NCBI GenBank assembly: GCA_951406725.2
Contig: OX597819.1
Span: forward strand, 434,001 to 498,000
Source of the DNA: Octopus vulgaris
Lineage: Eukaryota
Direction: 5' to 3'
Length of the DNA stretch: 64,000 bases
Below are positions 41,490 to 54,424 of the stretch, piece after piece (the stretch's first letter is position 1; every line of letters starts with the position of its first letter). The notes beneath the pieces are model-generated. The model did no database searches and was not told the DNA's origin. It saw only the letters and a program-made list of their open reading frames with translations. The position numbers and the translations under genes were made by a program.

Positions 41490-42475
41490 AGATAAACTTG
41501 GCAACCAAAGCAGGCTTTCTAATGAATATTAATTAGCACATCTAACCTAACCTGGATGGGTTGTTTATAACACCGTAGACTGTGCTAAACAATGCCAAAA
41601 AGTAGCAAACTACTATCAGTTGACTAAATTTTGTCAGCACAGGCATGACACTAATGCTATTATGTGATTTCACTGTATTGTGTTAGGTTGAATGAACTAA
41701 TTAATATTTGTCACAAAGCCTGCTCCTGTCGCTAATAGCTCATTTCTACAGAGCCTGCCAGCTTTTCCAGCATCACTGGCTGTTTAGCCTGTACTATTCT
41801 AAATCATTTTGAGTCTGGCATTTGGTGCTTGGCTTCCTACTGCTGACGATCTGCAATATGGTGAAATCATGTGATACAATAGTACCAGCCGCTGGTGTTG
41901 GTGAAATTCAGTCAACTGATAAAAGTATGCTTTCTAGCATTTGTCCTCTTTACTCTTTACTCTTTTACTTGTTTCAGTCATTTGACTGCGGCCATGCTGG
42001 AGCATCGCTTTTAGTCGAGTACACCGACCCCGGGACTTATTCTTTGTAAGCCTAGTACTTATTCTATTGGTCTCTTTTGCCGAACCGCTAAGTTACGGGG
42101 ATGTAAACACACCAGCATCAGTTATCAAGCGATGTTGGGGGAACAAATACAGACACACAAACATACACACATACAAACACATATATATAACAGGCTTCTT
42201 TCAGTTTCCGTCTACCAAATCCACTCACAAGGCTTTGGTCGGCCCAAGGCTATAGTAGAAGACATTTGCCCAAGGTGCCACGCAGTGGGACTGAACCCGG
42301 AATCATGTGGTTGGTAAGCAAGCTACTTACCACACAGCCACTCCTGCACCTATGAAATGATTTTTTTAAACATTTACCACAGTCTATGGCATTGTAAACA
42401 ACACATCCAAGTTAGGTTGGATGTGCTAATTAATATTCATTACAAAAGTTGCTTCAGCTGCCGATAGTTTATTTG
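41490..42475. mobile_element. Degenerate TIR element with a nested SINE (41945-42352, minus strand)
   Basis: taatgaatattaattagcacatctaacctaac (41520) is inverted at 42410-42441; the full-length SINE lies inside. Confidence 0.6.
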
Positions 42476-42879
42476 TGAGTGTGTGTGTAAGCGGATATTT
42501 TGAAAATACTTCACAGAGTGACAGCCATACCTCGCATAGTTACAGGCTACTTTTGACAAGGCATAACACCCACTTAGTCATCCTGCCATGGATACAGTGA
42601 AGTCATGGGAAAGCAGCATGGCAGTTTGTGAAGTGGTAGCAGAAGAACCCAACTGAGCCAATGGGGCTTCTTACATTGATGCTGGGTGGAGGAATCCTAG
42701 GAGATCGATTGTTATGATCACCAAGCACTATCAAGAGAGAGTAACTGCAATGCATCCATGGTTGTGTAATCTGCTAATGAAAGATTCATTATGACTCAAG
42801 CTCCCAGTTCAAATATCGATATTAGAATTGAATGGCAACAGAAAATCATGGGAATCCATGTAAGCAGTGTGATGAGGTG

Positions 42880-42928
<49 letters not shown>

Positions 42929-43033
42929 TGAGGTTAATAGTGACATAGTTCCATTTTATATTTTCCTTTTCTTCATAAATATCAAAAATCATTGACGAAA
43001 ATGACGGCAACTGTAAAGTGTAATATAACTTAC

Positions 43034-43189
43034 TATCATAAAGGTCTTCTTTACCAAGTGTAGGATGATCTGGGCGAAATTTTGCCAGTTCCTTTTTAAC
43101 TTCATATGCAAGTGTATCTAGTTTTTGTAATATGTCTTCAATATTTGTTGTTTCCAAAAAACAATGCCAGTTATGCATATAAATTGTAC
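43034..43189 (-). CDS. FBXO21: FBXO21 exon
   Basis: GTIYMHNWHCFLETTNIEDILQKLDTLAYEVKKELAKFRPDHPTLGKEDLYD; ttgcAG and GTAAGT; phase 1/1. Confidence 0.9.
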
Positions 43190-44102
43190 CTGCAAAAGAA
43201 TTGAGCAAGACAGTTAGATCTCTATCAGCAGATAGAACTTTCCAAAGAGATTTTCCATATGAAACTATTCAAACTGAAATGAGCAGCTGTGTGAAAACCA
43301 AAGTAGATAAAAGTTTATGAAACATTTATCCAGTCTCATTCAACTTCATGTTAGAGAACATCCATATTGTCTTAGCAGATATTTCCTGAAGCTGTTGACT
43401 TGCAGCCATTCAAGTAAAATAGTAACCTTGTCGATCTCTTGGATGGACTGTGAAAGCTATGGGCACAACCTCTTTGATCAGAATGAAGCAACAATCAAAA
43501 TGATGAGGACAACAAAAAGATGAAAGATGTGGAACAACAACAGAGGGGGGTGGATCAAATCCTAAACTATACTGCATAACATGATTTTTGTTCTTGGGTA
43601 ACAACTGTTATTTCCTTAGAAAGTATGAGAAATGGCTAATATTTCCTTCAAACTTTGCTTTTATTACATTTATTCAAAACCCAAAGAATCCTTCTCAATA
43701 CATGACTACGATACTCCCCCACTACTCCTGCTCATCATCAGTGATGCACATATTGTCAGCCTGTAAGAAACATGCTCAACTGGTTAAAGTCAAGCAACTG
43801 ACAAGCAAATCTGTGGTATTGAGCTGAATATTTGCAATAACAATATTTCTGCTCAGTGCTGAATCTGTCTGAAATATTTTAGAAAATAGGTCAGTTTGAA
43901 AACATTGATGTCCAGGTCAGAAAAGCAAAGTTTGAAGGGAATGGTAGTCATTTCCTTTGATTTTTAGATAGAAGTAAATAGGAAATAACACTTACTGACT
44001 AAATACTAAAAAAAAAAATCAAAATTTTGTTACACAGTCTCATTGGTTACCAGGAGTGTACAAGGCACCAGCTTATGTACAACAAAAACAACTACTACTT
44101 AC

Positions 44103-44224
44103 CAATTTCCAGTTTCTGTTCGTTAATAGGCAGTGATAAATAACTATGCCAAGCTTTAGATAAACTGTGATGCTGAATGTGTTGCAACGTCTTACCAGCA
44201 TAGTATTTCTTTGTTAAGTTTTCT
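44103..44224 (-). CDS. FBXO21: FBXO21 exon
   Basis: ENLTKKYYAGKTLQHIQHHSLSKAWHSYLSLPINEQKLEI(G); LT.KYYA motif of FBXO21; phase 2 to phase 1. Confidence 0.92.
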
Positions 44225-44975
44225 CTGTAGAAAGCAGAAAAATAAATGGCACAGAAATCCAGTGGATTCATGTTTGACATTCAAAGTGTGAAATTGTTAC
44301 AGATTTGGGTTTAGCTACATAAAGACTTTAAATATAACAGAGACAACCTCGCATAAGAGAGTAAGAAATATCAGTTCAACTAGATTAAGCAACTTAATTA
44401 CTAAAGTGAAGACTGGTAGTTTATAATGCTACCATTATAAAGACTGGTAGTTTATAAAGAAAGTGAAATGACTGTAGGGTTCTAGATACCTGTCGATCAG
44501 ACATATGGAAGGTAGGATGTTATTTATGTTTTTGTTCTATATCAGGAGATTCTACATTATCCCTTAACGAGTGGACATCATCAATTGATGTTTCATTACA
44601 GAATAGCAGACATCATCAGTTGCTGTTTCAAATATTTTGCATGGATATGCCATCATCAATTGATATTGGACTATCTACTTCATCAAATGCACCTAAATGT
44701 AAGTAGCCCTTATCGATGGGAGAAATCAAGTCACAAACAGGACCAGATTTAAATCATGGGGGACCTGAGGAACTTCAATTTCAGTGGGCCCCTCAAACAC
44801 AAGATTTAAAATCTCGAAGAATTACCAAATTTAAATCTCAAAACCCATCTATTGCATGTAATTGAATTTGATGAGTTAGCAGAGAAAGTTTAAATAAAAT
44901 ACTGAAAATGTTGCTTTATAGATACACTTTCCAAAATTCAAATTTTGGTTTTCACAGAGGGAGGTAAGATATGAG

Positions 44976-45565
44976 TTGGACAGTTTGACCAGGGCTGGCA
45001 AGCTGGAAGGCTGCAACAAACCCCAGTCTGATTTGGCATGGTTTCTACAGCTGGATGCCCTTCCTAACGCCAACCATTCTGAGAGTGTAGTGGGTGCTTT
45101 TACGTGCCACCAGCATGGGTGCCATTTGCGTGACACTGGTATCTGCCACGACTGCAATTTTACTTGTCTTCTCGATGGGTCTTCTTCTCAAGTACAAAAG
45201 TCTCACCAGCATCAGACACTTTGCCTCAATGAGGCCCAACACTTAAAAGGTGCTTTCTACGTTCCACTGGCACGGGTGCCAGTTACGTGATACCAGCATC
45301 GGCCACAACTACAATTTCATTTGGCTTGATGGGTCTTCTCAAGCATAGCATATCGCCAAAGGTCTCGGTCATTAGTCATTGCCTCTGTGAGGCCCAAAGT
45401 TCAAAGTTCATGCTTCACCACCTCCTCCCATGTCTTCCTGGGTCTACTGCTACTACATGTTCCTTCCACAATTAGAGATTGGCACTTTTTCACACAGCTG
45501 TCCTCATCCATATGCATCACATGACCATACCAGTGCAGTCGCCTCTCTTGCACACCACATTTGAG
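44976..45565 (-). mobile_element. RTE LINE 3' end (end of ORF2 remnant plus UTR)
   Basis: Tail family motifs plus ccatgtcttcctgggtct and gaccataccagtgcagtc, which read on the minus strand as RTE C-terminal RLHWYGHV and GRPRKTW-like motifs. Confidence 0.65.
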
Positions 45566-46412
45566 GCTTATATCTTTTTACAAATGTTCACTACTTTGCC
45601 AAAACTATACCAGCTTCTCTAAATGCAGTAAAAACTATAACATATTCAGAACACTATTTCAGAAAATTATCACCATTCTCTTTGACAAATTTAGACGGGG
45701 CAAAATGAGTAAGACAAGATAAGGTAAATTTAAATTTGCCTCTTCCGTTCTCCAGAATTACATTAACGAAACTGAACTAAATCTAAAAAACTTATCATAA
45801 AATATTCTGTATAGATTCTTCATGAGCTGCTGGAGAGGAGCTCTTTTTGAAATATTTAAAATTAGTCATCACTCATTTTGTTCCAATTTAGACTTTTTTT
45901 TTTAAACTTGAAGATTATCAAATTAGATTTTAGTGTGAGAAAAACTGATGTAGAGTCCAACAGAGAAAAAATATTGGTGGTCAAACACCAAAAATTATCC
46001 AAATATTTTATAAGCTATCCCAATTAAAATAGGGTTGAAGTCACCTACATTTCAAACTTTCTCAACTTCAACAACTACATAGACTATACTGACCAATTTT
46101 CACTCCTGGAGACGATGCAATGGTACAAAATAGGAATACAATACTTCAAATGCAATGGCTGAAAATTAGTAAGGAAGAAAATAACGAGAACTTGGAAATT
46201 ACTAATTCTGCCCCACTTCCAAATAATAATTTCGAGTGTTTGAAAGAATAACACAAAATATAGGCAAAAAGAAAGAAAAAAAGGTTCAATTTAATGAAAA
46301 ACATTTGAACATATACATAGTAATTCTAAAGCAGAAAAAAAAATGCTTTTTGCTGTTGACAGGTGTAATTTTATAATTAAAACTAAATTCAAAATTTAAA
46401 TTTTGGAACATA

Positions 46413-47704
46413 CGAGGGGCGTTCAATAAGTAATGCCCCTGACCCACTTCCCATAGCAGTAGAGCAATGAAATTTGGCACAGTTATTAGTCTTTTTCTAC
46501 ATAAAATCCACCCAGAGTTACGCATTTCTCCCATCGTTTGATGCAGCTCTTGAGACCGTTTTTGTAGAAGACCCCAGCTTGATCCTCCAACCACGACGTG
46601 ACTTCAGAAATCAAGGCTGCATCATCTGGGAAACGCTTTCCTTTCAAAAACAACTTCATGGCTGGGAAGAGGTGAAAATCAGAGGGTGCAAGGTCAGGAG
46701 AGTAGGGGGGATGGGGGATGAATTCATAGCCGCATGCCTGTGCTTCTGATCTGGCGACACGCGAGTTGTGGATCGGAGCGTTGTCCTGCAGGAGGAGGAT
46801 GCCTTTGCTGATCTTGCCCCGCCTCTTGATTTTGATAGCTTCTCTTAATTTCCTCAAAAGTGAAGCATAATAGACTCCTGTAATTGTGGTACTCTTTGCC
46901 AGGAAATCTGTCTTCACTACTCCGTCCAGGTCCCAGAAGACTGTAAGCATGACCTTACCAGCGGAGGGGTGCACCCTTGCCTTCTTTGGAGGAGGTGAGT
47001 CACGGTGCTTCCACTGCATTGACTGGGCTTTGGTCTCTGGATCATAGTGATGGACCCAGGTTTCATCCTGTGTAATCAGACTTTTGAAAAATTTTGACTC
47101 ATCTTCTTGGCACATCTCCAAATTCATCTTCGAGCACTCGACGCGTTCTTGCTTCTGGAAAGGTGTGAGCAACCTGGGAATCCATCTGGCAGACACCTTT
47201 TGCATATGCAAATGGTCATGAATGATAGTTTCCACAGACCCGGTATTAATCTTGACCTCATGGGCTATTTGGCGAATAGTTATGCATTGATCTTCCAAAA
47301 TGGCAGCCTCAACTTGACGGACAGATGCCTCATCAATGGCAGAAGGGGATGACCAGATCTGGGAGCTGTTTCCACAGAGTTCCGACCATGTTCGAATTCA
47401 CTATGCCAGTGTTTTACAAGGTCATATGATGGGGCATCATCACCATAAGTTACTTTCATTTCATCAAAAGTTTCCCGTGGTGTGCGTCCTTTCAAATACA
47501 AAAACCGGGTCACTGCTTGACACTCAACTGGCTCCATTTCACACTTGACTCGGTTCAAACACCTGTAAATCAGAAACCACAATTATTTCAGAGCTGTAAT
47601 TTGCCACTTAATCTATAGAGATATAAATAATTGCACATGCAAAATTTCAGCTCGATCAAACAACTGCAAGTGGGTCAGAGGCATTACTTATTGAACGTCC
47701 CTCG
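46413..47704 (-). mobile_element. Full-length mariner (DD34D) transposon with a frameshifted transposase
   Basis: TIRs cgaggggcgttcaataagtaatgcccctgaccc / gggtcagaggcattacttattgaacgtccctcg with TA TSDs; ORFs 47280-47582 (HTH) and 46486-47298 with WIPRLL, DETWVHHYDPE, QDNA and YSPDLAPSDFHLF; frameshift near 47350. Confidence 0.96.
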
Positions 47705-48482
47705 TATTCTTTACTTACTTGACTCTAAAATAAAATCAGTTTTCAATGCCTCACTGAAATAATTAAGTTTAGAAGTAGCAATGTGTGCATGTGTGTGTGT
47801 GAGAGAGTGAATGTGTGTGTGTCTATGCCTTTAATGGAGAGTGGTCAAGCCAAAGTTATGCTCAGTCATGTGCTGAAAGAAGAAATTTGACTTAGAGACC
47901 AAAACTTCTTTCTGTCAATCTCTTTATCTTTACATACATTTATACTTACATACACACTCATTGATACATACATTTTCAAGAGTGTTCTGTTATTTCCCTT
48001 TCCCCTGTTGTTGTTTCAAAAGCAGCAACAATTCCTTTGGAAATTGTAGCTGCTTTGGGACTGAGTAGTAAATTGTTTTTTAATTGAAATGGTGTCTCTA
48101 AGGTGACAAAATCTATGGTTATTTATCAAAAAAGAGAATCCATTACACATTTTAAGTTGAGATACCTTCGTATATTGAAAGAGAGAATCTTCATGCTTGA
48201 TTGCTGGGAGGAGGGGGTCACCCTGTATTGAGTGCTACATATCCTGCATAGCAACAGGACCCCCAACATCTAGCAGGAGCCTAGGACAATTGCCCCTTTT
48301 GCCACCTATAAATCTGGCCCTGGTCACAAATGGAAGATTTATATAGCGATGAAGTTTTTTTTGTGACTTTCCTTTGTCATCAGATGAGGTGGATGATGAT
48401 GATGCTGTTCTAGATAGCACAGAACAACATGATACTTCAACTAGCTCTGGGTGGAAAGTGTGCACTGACTTTTCTCCATATT

Positions 48483-48920
48483 AAGTATCAAAAAGTTCCC
48501 AGACCAGTTCTGTAAAACACCAACAGATGGCAGCACACAGTTGTGCTGCCATCTGTGAGAGCCAGCAGTGACCTTCACGAGGGAGTGTGCCAAGTGAAAT
48601 CGTTGTGTATACTTTGCAAATTGTGAAATTTGTGTTTCTGTGATAATGAGTATGCTGTAGTTTGCGATTTTGTTATAGATAAGAAGTTGGAACAAACAGC
48701 CAACATGAAATTTTGTATTAAACTTGGGATTTCTGCTACAGAGACATTGAGCAAGCTTCAACAAATGTATGGTGACTAGGCAATGGCTGTATGCAATGTT
48801 TTAAGTGCACAGGCACTTCACAAGCAGAACATCCCTGGAAATGATAAGTGATCTGGAAAACCAGCCATTAGTGCCAGCCCTAGAATGTGGAAAAAATTCA
48901 TCAGCTAGTGCATGAGGAAT
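48483..48920 (+). pseudogene. Degraded 5' fragment of a second mariner
   Basis: 48690-48777 translates to EQTANMKFCIKLGISATETLSKLQQMYGD, matching the mariner N-terminal EQR..IKFC.KLGK...ET motif; stops and indels follow. Confidence 0.7.
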
Positions 48921-49265
48921 TTAGTCAATATTTCATTTGTTTACAGCTGACAACACGTGCTGCCATTTTGTGCATGGCAGCTTCCACATCTTTTCTGACT
49001 GGGTAAAAATGATCAAACTTTAAACCTCTGTAACTTGATTTAAAATTTTTTTTTCTGGAAAAAGTTAAATATCCCGAGATTCAGCATGGAAAATTACATC
49101 AATACACCAAATTTTAAAATTTTCACTAAACTTTAAAATTTCCATAGATGCAGTCAAACAGAAAAGATCCGGCAAAACTAAAAAGCCCATTAACTTTATT
49201 TATTAGCACAGTGATAAAAATATAAACATTTAATAACAAAATAATTAAATAAAAGAATGGCTTAC

Positions 49266-49508
49266 ACTGGATCCGATGCAATTAAATGGAGATAACTAGT
49301 GATAAAATCTCTGTTGTTTTCATCTTCATCAATATACTGGAGAATGATATGAAATTTATCTGGTGGAACCTCCTCATAATTGTAGCAAATTTCTGCTAAA
49401 TTCTGAAGAAACCGGTTGACATTTTGGATACATGTATAATGCCGAATGAACAATTTTCGCCATGCCACAGGTATATGGTATTTAGTCTTTGGAAGAACAT
49501 TAGGCCAG
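49266..49508 (-). CDS. FBXO21: FBXO21 exon 2
   Basis: WPNVLPKTKYHIPVAWRKLFIRHY...HLIASDP(V); phase 2/2, joins the F-box exon to give KFFQCWP. Confidence 0.9.
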
Positions 49509-49868
49509 CTAAAAACCATTAAGAAAGACAAGAAGGAAACTTAAATAATGTAAGAAATTTAGACAATTAAACAATGTAAGGACAACTGTCTAACCCAAGT
49601 CAGTATGGAATCTGGAAGTTAAATGATGATGCTGATGACGCATGATATTTGAATATTATCTTTTTTATGGCCTAGCTTTACTCAAACACAATCTGGAAAA
49701 TTTTCTAACAGAGACATTGTAAAAATTTACAGTTTTAATGTAGTGAAAGAAAAACTTAGCTACATGGCATAAAGTCAAGATATGTGAAAAGGAAATTGCT
49801 ACTCCAATATAAAATTTATATATTAGTAAAGGCTATACATTTTTAAAAGCAATTAAGTAAATTTAAAA

Positions 49869-51729
49869 TTTTTTTACGGGACGTCCTACGTCCCAGATAC
49901 AAAGGTAAAAATAAAATATTTCCACTTTGCAAGTTCGAGTCAAGTACTCCCTCGCACCCTCCGTTGACTCGACCCTTGCTTCTATTGTGGCGAATTTACT
50001 GCCTCTGATTAGATACCTTTCATAGTCGCACCAAGACACTTTTCGAAGGTGCTTTCCTCCATGTTATTTCTTTATTACCCACCAGGGGCTACGAAGAATG
50101 GTGGACATAACAAAACATGGGGGACATAGAACAAAATAATTAAATTTATGAGTAAATGAATATTAAAATGAAAAATGATAATATGAAAGCGATGCTAACG
50201 GCCCCCTCCGCCAGCATCACTTACCTGTCCTTTTGTTTTCACTGTCACCTGAATGTTCATTCCCAATACGAAGACCATCCATATCCATTCTTACTCCGAA
50301 ATACTCCTCCATATTTTCCACGAATTCATCGCTCATTCTTGTATCTTTCACCTCCCAATTCTCCCTTTCACACCTCAACACAAACTCATCTATATTCTTC
50401 TTTTCCAGCACTGCATATCTGGTCTCACCTATTTCATACCATTTATACTCTTCCATTACCCTTTTCACTTCTTTCTGTTCAGTCATAATATAAATGTTCG
50501 GCCTGGGTTCGATTTCAAACTCTTGTCTGTCTGTATTATTTTTTTTCTTTTGTTTTCTTGTTGGAGGGGAGCGGGTGGGTTCACTGCCTGCAGGGATAGG
50601 GTGGGTCTCAGAGGGTGTGGGTGGTGTTGGGGTGGATTGGTGTTCTATGTTATTTTCTTTTCCTCGTATTCTCCTCTTCCTCTTATTCCCAGCTTCTTTC
50701 CATTTCTGTGAATTCTCTTCTTCTACTGTCTCTTTCTCCTCTGGTTTCTGCTTCTCTCTCTGTGGTTCGGAATCCATTTCTTTCACTGGGGGAGGGCAGA
50801 AGGCTCTTATGTGACCCCTCAGGCCACACTTGTAACAACGTGGAGCTCTGCCCTCCACCCACACTCTCATGATCACGTCTCCCAATCTGATGCTTTCCGC
50901 CAGGTCCACCAGTACCTCGTTCTCTGCCTGCACGTTCAGTTCCACTGTTACGCCTCTCCAGCCCTCGGTCTTAACCGAGGCATGGAGAATATCCACTTCC
51001 TCCTCGTGGCCGCTAATCACAGCCGCCACAATCCACTCTGCCTCAACGTTTGGTGGCACTCCCTCCACCCTTACTCGTGTAATTTTTCTGTTTAAATACG
51101 TAGGCAAAAGTGTTACCTTTTCGGATTTCACCGCCTTCGCCGCCATCTTCCTTGCTGCATTCTCACTTTTAAACTGTACCACTACAGTACCATACTTGGA
51201 TCCTCAAGTCAGAAAATTAATTTCCTCCTCCGTTCTTCTCAGCGCCTCCTCTATCCACTCCATGTTTACAACTTCTATCTTCTTCCTTTCGTTTGCGAAC
51301 ACCCTTATATAATGGTCCATTTATCATACCATTCTTTTCTCTTGGGTGTCGGTGCTAGTTCGACCTCACCGCTATCCTTTTTCATATATTTCTGGTAACT
51401 TGGCAGCTTGGTCAAGTCCACCCCTTTCTCTTCCGCCTTCTTGGTTACACCGGCATAGGTATAACCCAGCTTTCGATCCATCATTCTCACTGCCTGTTCC
51501 AGTTCCTCCTCAGACGTAGACAAGTCTGATGGGGAATCAAAGTCCATTTCCTTCTGTCTGACAGACCGTAAACGGCCGCCCGAACAGAAAAAGTGTAACT
51601 CGTAGAACCCGTGTAACGCGAAACCGCATCAACGACGTTCAAAATTTCTACAACAACCACCATACTTTTTGTTCTTTTTTCTTTTTTAACCGAATTTTAC
51701 AGAGCGCAAAAAAACACGACCGTCGTGTG
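49869..51729 (-). mobile_element. ORF1-only non-LTR retroelement (Tx1/L1-like gag-type ORF1 with CCHC knuckle), disrupted
   Basis: ORF from 51547 to 50217 with a frameshift near 51307 and one TGA near 51204; RVRVEGVPP RRM-like motif, CYKCGLRGHIRAFC; about 340-bp 3' UTR ending in a hairpin and an A7 tail; no EN/RT ORF2. Confidence 0.75.
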
Positions 51730-52149
51730 AAAATCTTCTTTTTTCTCTACATTGTATACTTTATAGACAATAAGTCTTTTCTTTAATTTAGTTTTTTATT
51801 ATTCATCTGGACTATTCCATTTCTGCATGCTAATTTTATTTTCAATTTATTCCCATTCATGTGAAACCACTTATTCAAGTTCAAGTCATTGAGGCAATTT
51901 TATACCAATTGCTATTTTTACTTTTTTTTATGTTACGATTATATTATACTTTAGTTTGATTTTAATTATTAATTACTACATATAATTCAATTGTTATTAT
52001 TATTTTTATTGTTAAAGTGAAAATATCTGACATAAAATAGAGAAATGTTTTTGTTTCACTTTTAACATGTAATACTGAAATAGTGGAGAAGATATGATAT
52101 TGCTATGGGCTTGCCCTAGGCAAGCGGTTGAACATTTTTTTTGCCCATG

Positions 52150-52270
52150 AAACTACATGGATCCTAAGTAAGGCATGTGTAAAATTTGAATGAAATTGGT
52201 TGAGTAGTTCTCAAGTTTTAGGGAAACACACAGACAGACACACATTCCCAGTTTTATATATATAATAAAG
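52150..52270 (+). mobile_element. Helitron/Helentron-like 3' remnant
   Basis: gtgtaaaatttgaatgaaattggttgagtagttctc...cagacagac...ttttatatata motif. Confidence 0.4.
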
Positions 52271-54383
52271 ATATCAGCTGTAGCTGGCACAGAAATGGAA
52301 GACGTAAGGGACATAACTGTTTTATAGCTAAGCCAGTGCTAACATTATCTCCCATTGCTACAAACTATGGATGGTTTCTGAATACACAACCGTTCTTCAT
52401 CACCCGTTATCAAATGCATAAATGACAGGAGATGGAGTGGTCAAAACTTAGAAAAATATTCAGAGAACCAGAGTGATCGACATGCAGTGTTGGAGAGAAT
52501 CTGCTCAGCATGCCAGTACAGTGACTTGAGTGTTGAAATAATGGTAGTCATGGAAGTTGGGAGATATACCTGCAGCTGGATCTCTTGTTCCCACTGAGCC
52601 TACCACCTACCCAGCCTCTTGATACTCTCCCACCTCTATAATTTTTCTATCCCTCACTCCTCACTTCTATTCATTGTACCATGCTGCTTGTGTCAGGATG
52701 TCATTAGACTTGTCCAACCCTCACACTGAAATATACCACCATGCTAGCATGGAAAACGGACGCTAAATGATGATGATGATGATGATGATGAGCATCGCCA
52801 GACTACCTGTATTCGAGTTCCAAAACTACCATCCTGTACTCTACACCTGACCCATACCCTCTCTGCTCCTCTCTCACTAACTTTTGTCTCTGGTATTATA
52901 CACTTCTTCCTGACACACACACACACACATCTCAGTTTCTCCCATCATCACTCTACTGCACTGAGCAAATGAGCAGAGCATAAAGTAGTCAGCACTTTTT
53001 AGTCTTACAGAGCAGAAATCAACCAGACAAGTGTTGGTTCCACAATAATATGCATCCAAAATGTTCTGTAAAATGGTTGACAAATGAGCACAAGGTCAAA
53101 AACACCTTTTACTCTTGTCAAGGATATGAGAACTTTTCTAGTACCGGTACCATCATAAAACACATCCAGTACACTCTGTAAAGTGTTGGTGATAAGCAAG
53201 GGTATACAGCCATGGAATCCATGCCAAAAATGAAATGCATGAGATGGCTTATAAATTCTTGTTGAGCTTACCAAGTGGGACACATTCAGAATAAACTGTT
53301 TTGATTTATTTTATGACATTCATGAACCACAATTGGTTCATCCCAGCTATTTATAAACTTAAATGCTAATTTGAATTCTGAAAATCAGGGTCAATAAATA
53401 AACACCAGTTGAGTATTGGAGTTGATATAAATGACTTACTCCTCCCCCAAAATTGCTGGCTTTGAGCCAAAATTTGAAATCAATATAGGCCAGATGTGTT
53501 CATGTAGTTAAGAACTTGCTTCTTAACCGTATGGTCTCAGCTTCAGTTCTATTGAGTGGTACTTTGGGCACATGTCTCCTCCTACAGCTTCAGGCTGACC
53601 AAAGCTTTGTGAGTAAATTTGTTACAAATTGTGGAAGACTTTTGTATAAGGTACAAAACACACCAAGATCACATGATACAGCAGTTCTACCACCGATGCT
53701 GGATGATTCTAGTCTGTTACTAATATTTCTGTGCTTCTATACACTAAATGTCGACCCAAGAGACTTTCTCTTATAATAGTGCCATTCTGCATACACATAC
53801 ATTTGACAAATATCTATTATATTTCTATGGTATTTTCCTGTCAATAAAAGTTAGTTTTAAAAAAAATGAGTACTGGAGTCAATTCATTCAACTAAAAGTT
53901 CTTCAAGGTTTGCCCCAGCATGGCCACAGTCTAATGACTGAAACAAATGAAAGATAATCAGGTCAACCTGGGAATGTATCCAAAAAAAAAAAAAAAACAA
54001 TTTTTACAAGACCATTTCCACACTAACTACAAATTCATGAATTTTGTTTGTATCACTAAAATATCCATAAATATATAAAAATGTAGAACTTTTTTATTTT
54101 TTTATTTTCACAACTTCGTACTGATATGATTCTCAGTAGCCCGTTTTTGAAATTACACAAAGCAAGGATCAGAGATAATAAAAATGGTAGCAATAAGAAT
54201 AAAAGAGGCAAAATGTTATGCACTCTCTCTCTCTCTCTCTCACTCCCACCTCTCTTGTACACTTTAGATCTTACTGGAGGGTTTCAGCTGATTTATCTGT
54301 GTTATAACTTATACAATTATAAATTTAAAATCGCTCCATAATTTCTTAATATTTCCTGCTACAGTAAGAATGCACAGCAAACA

Positions 54384-54424
<41 letters not shown>

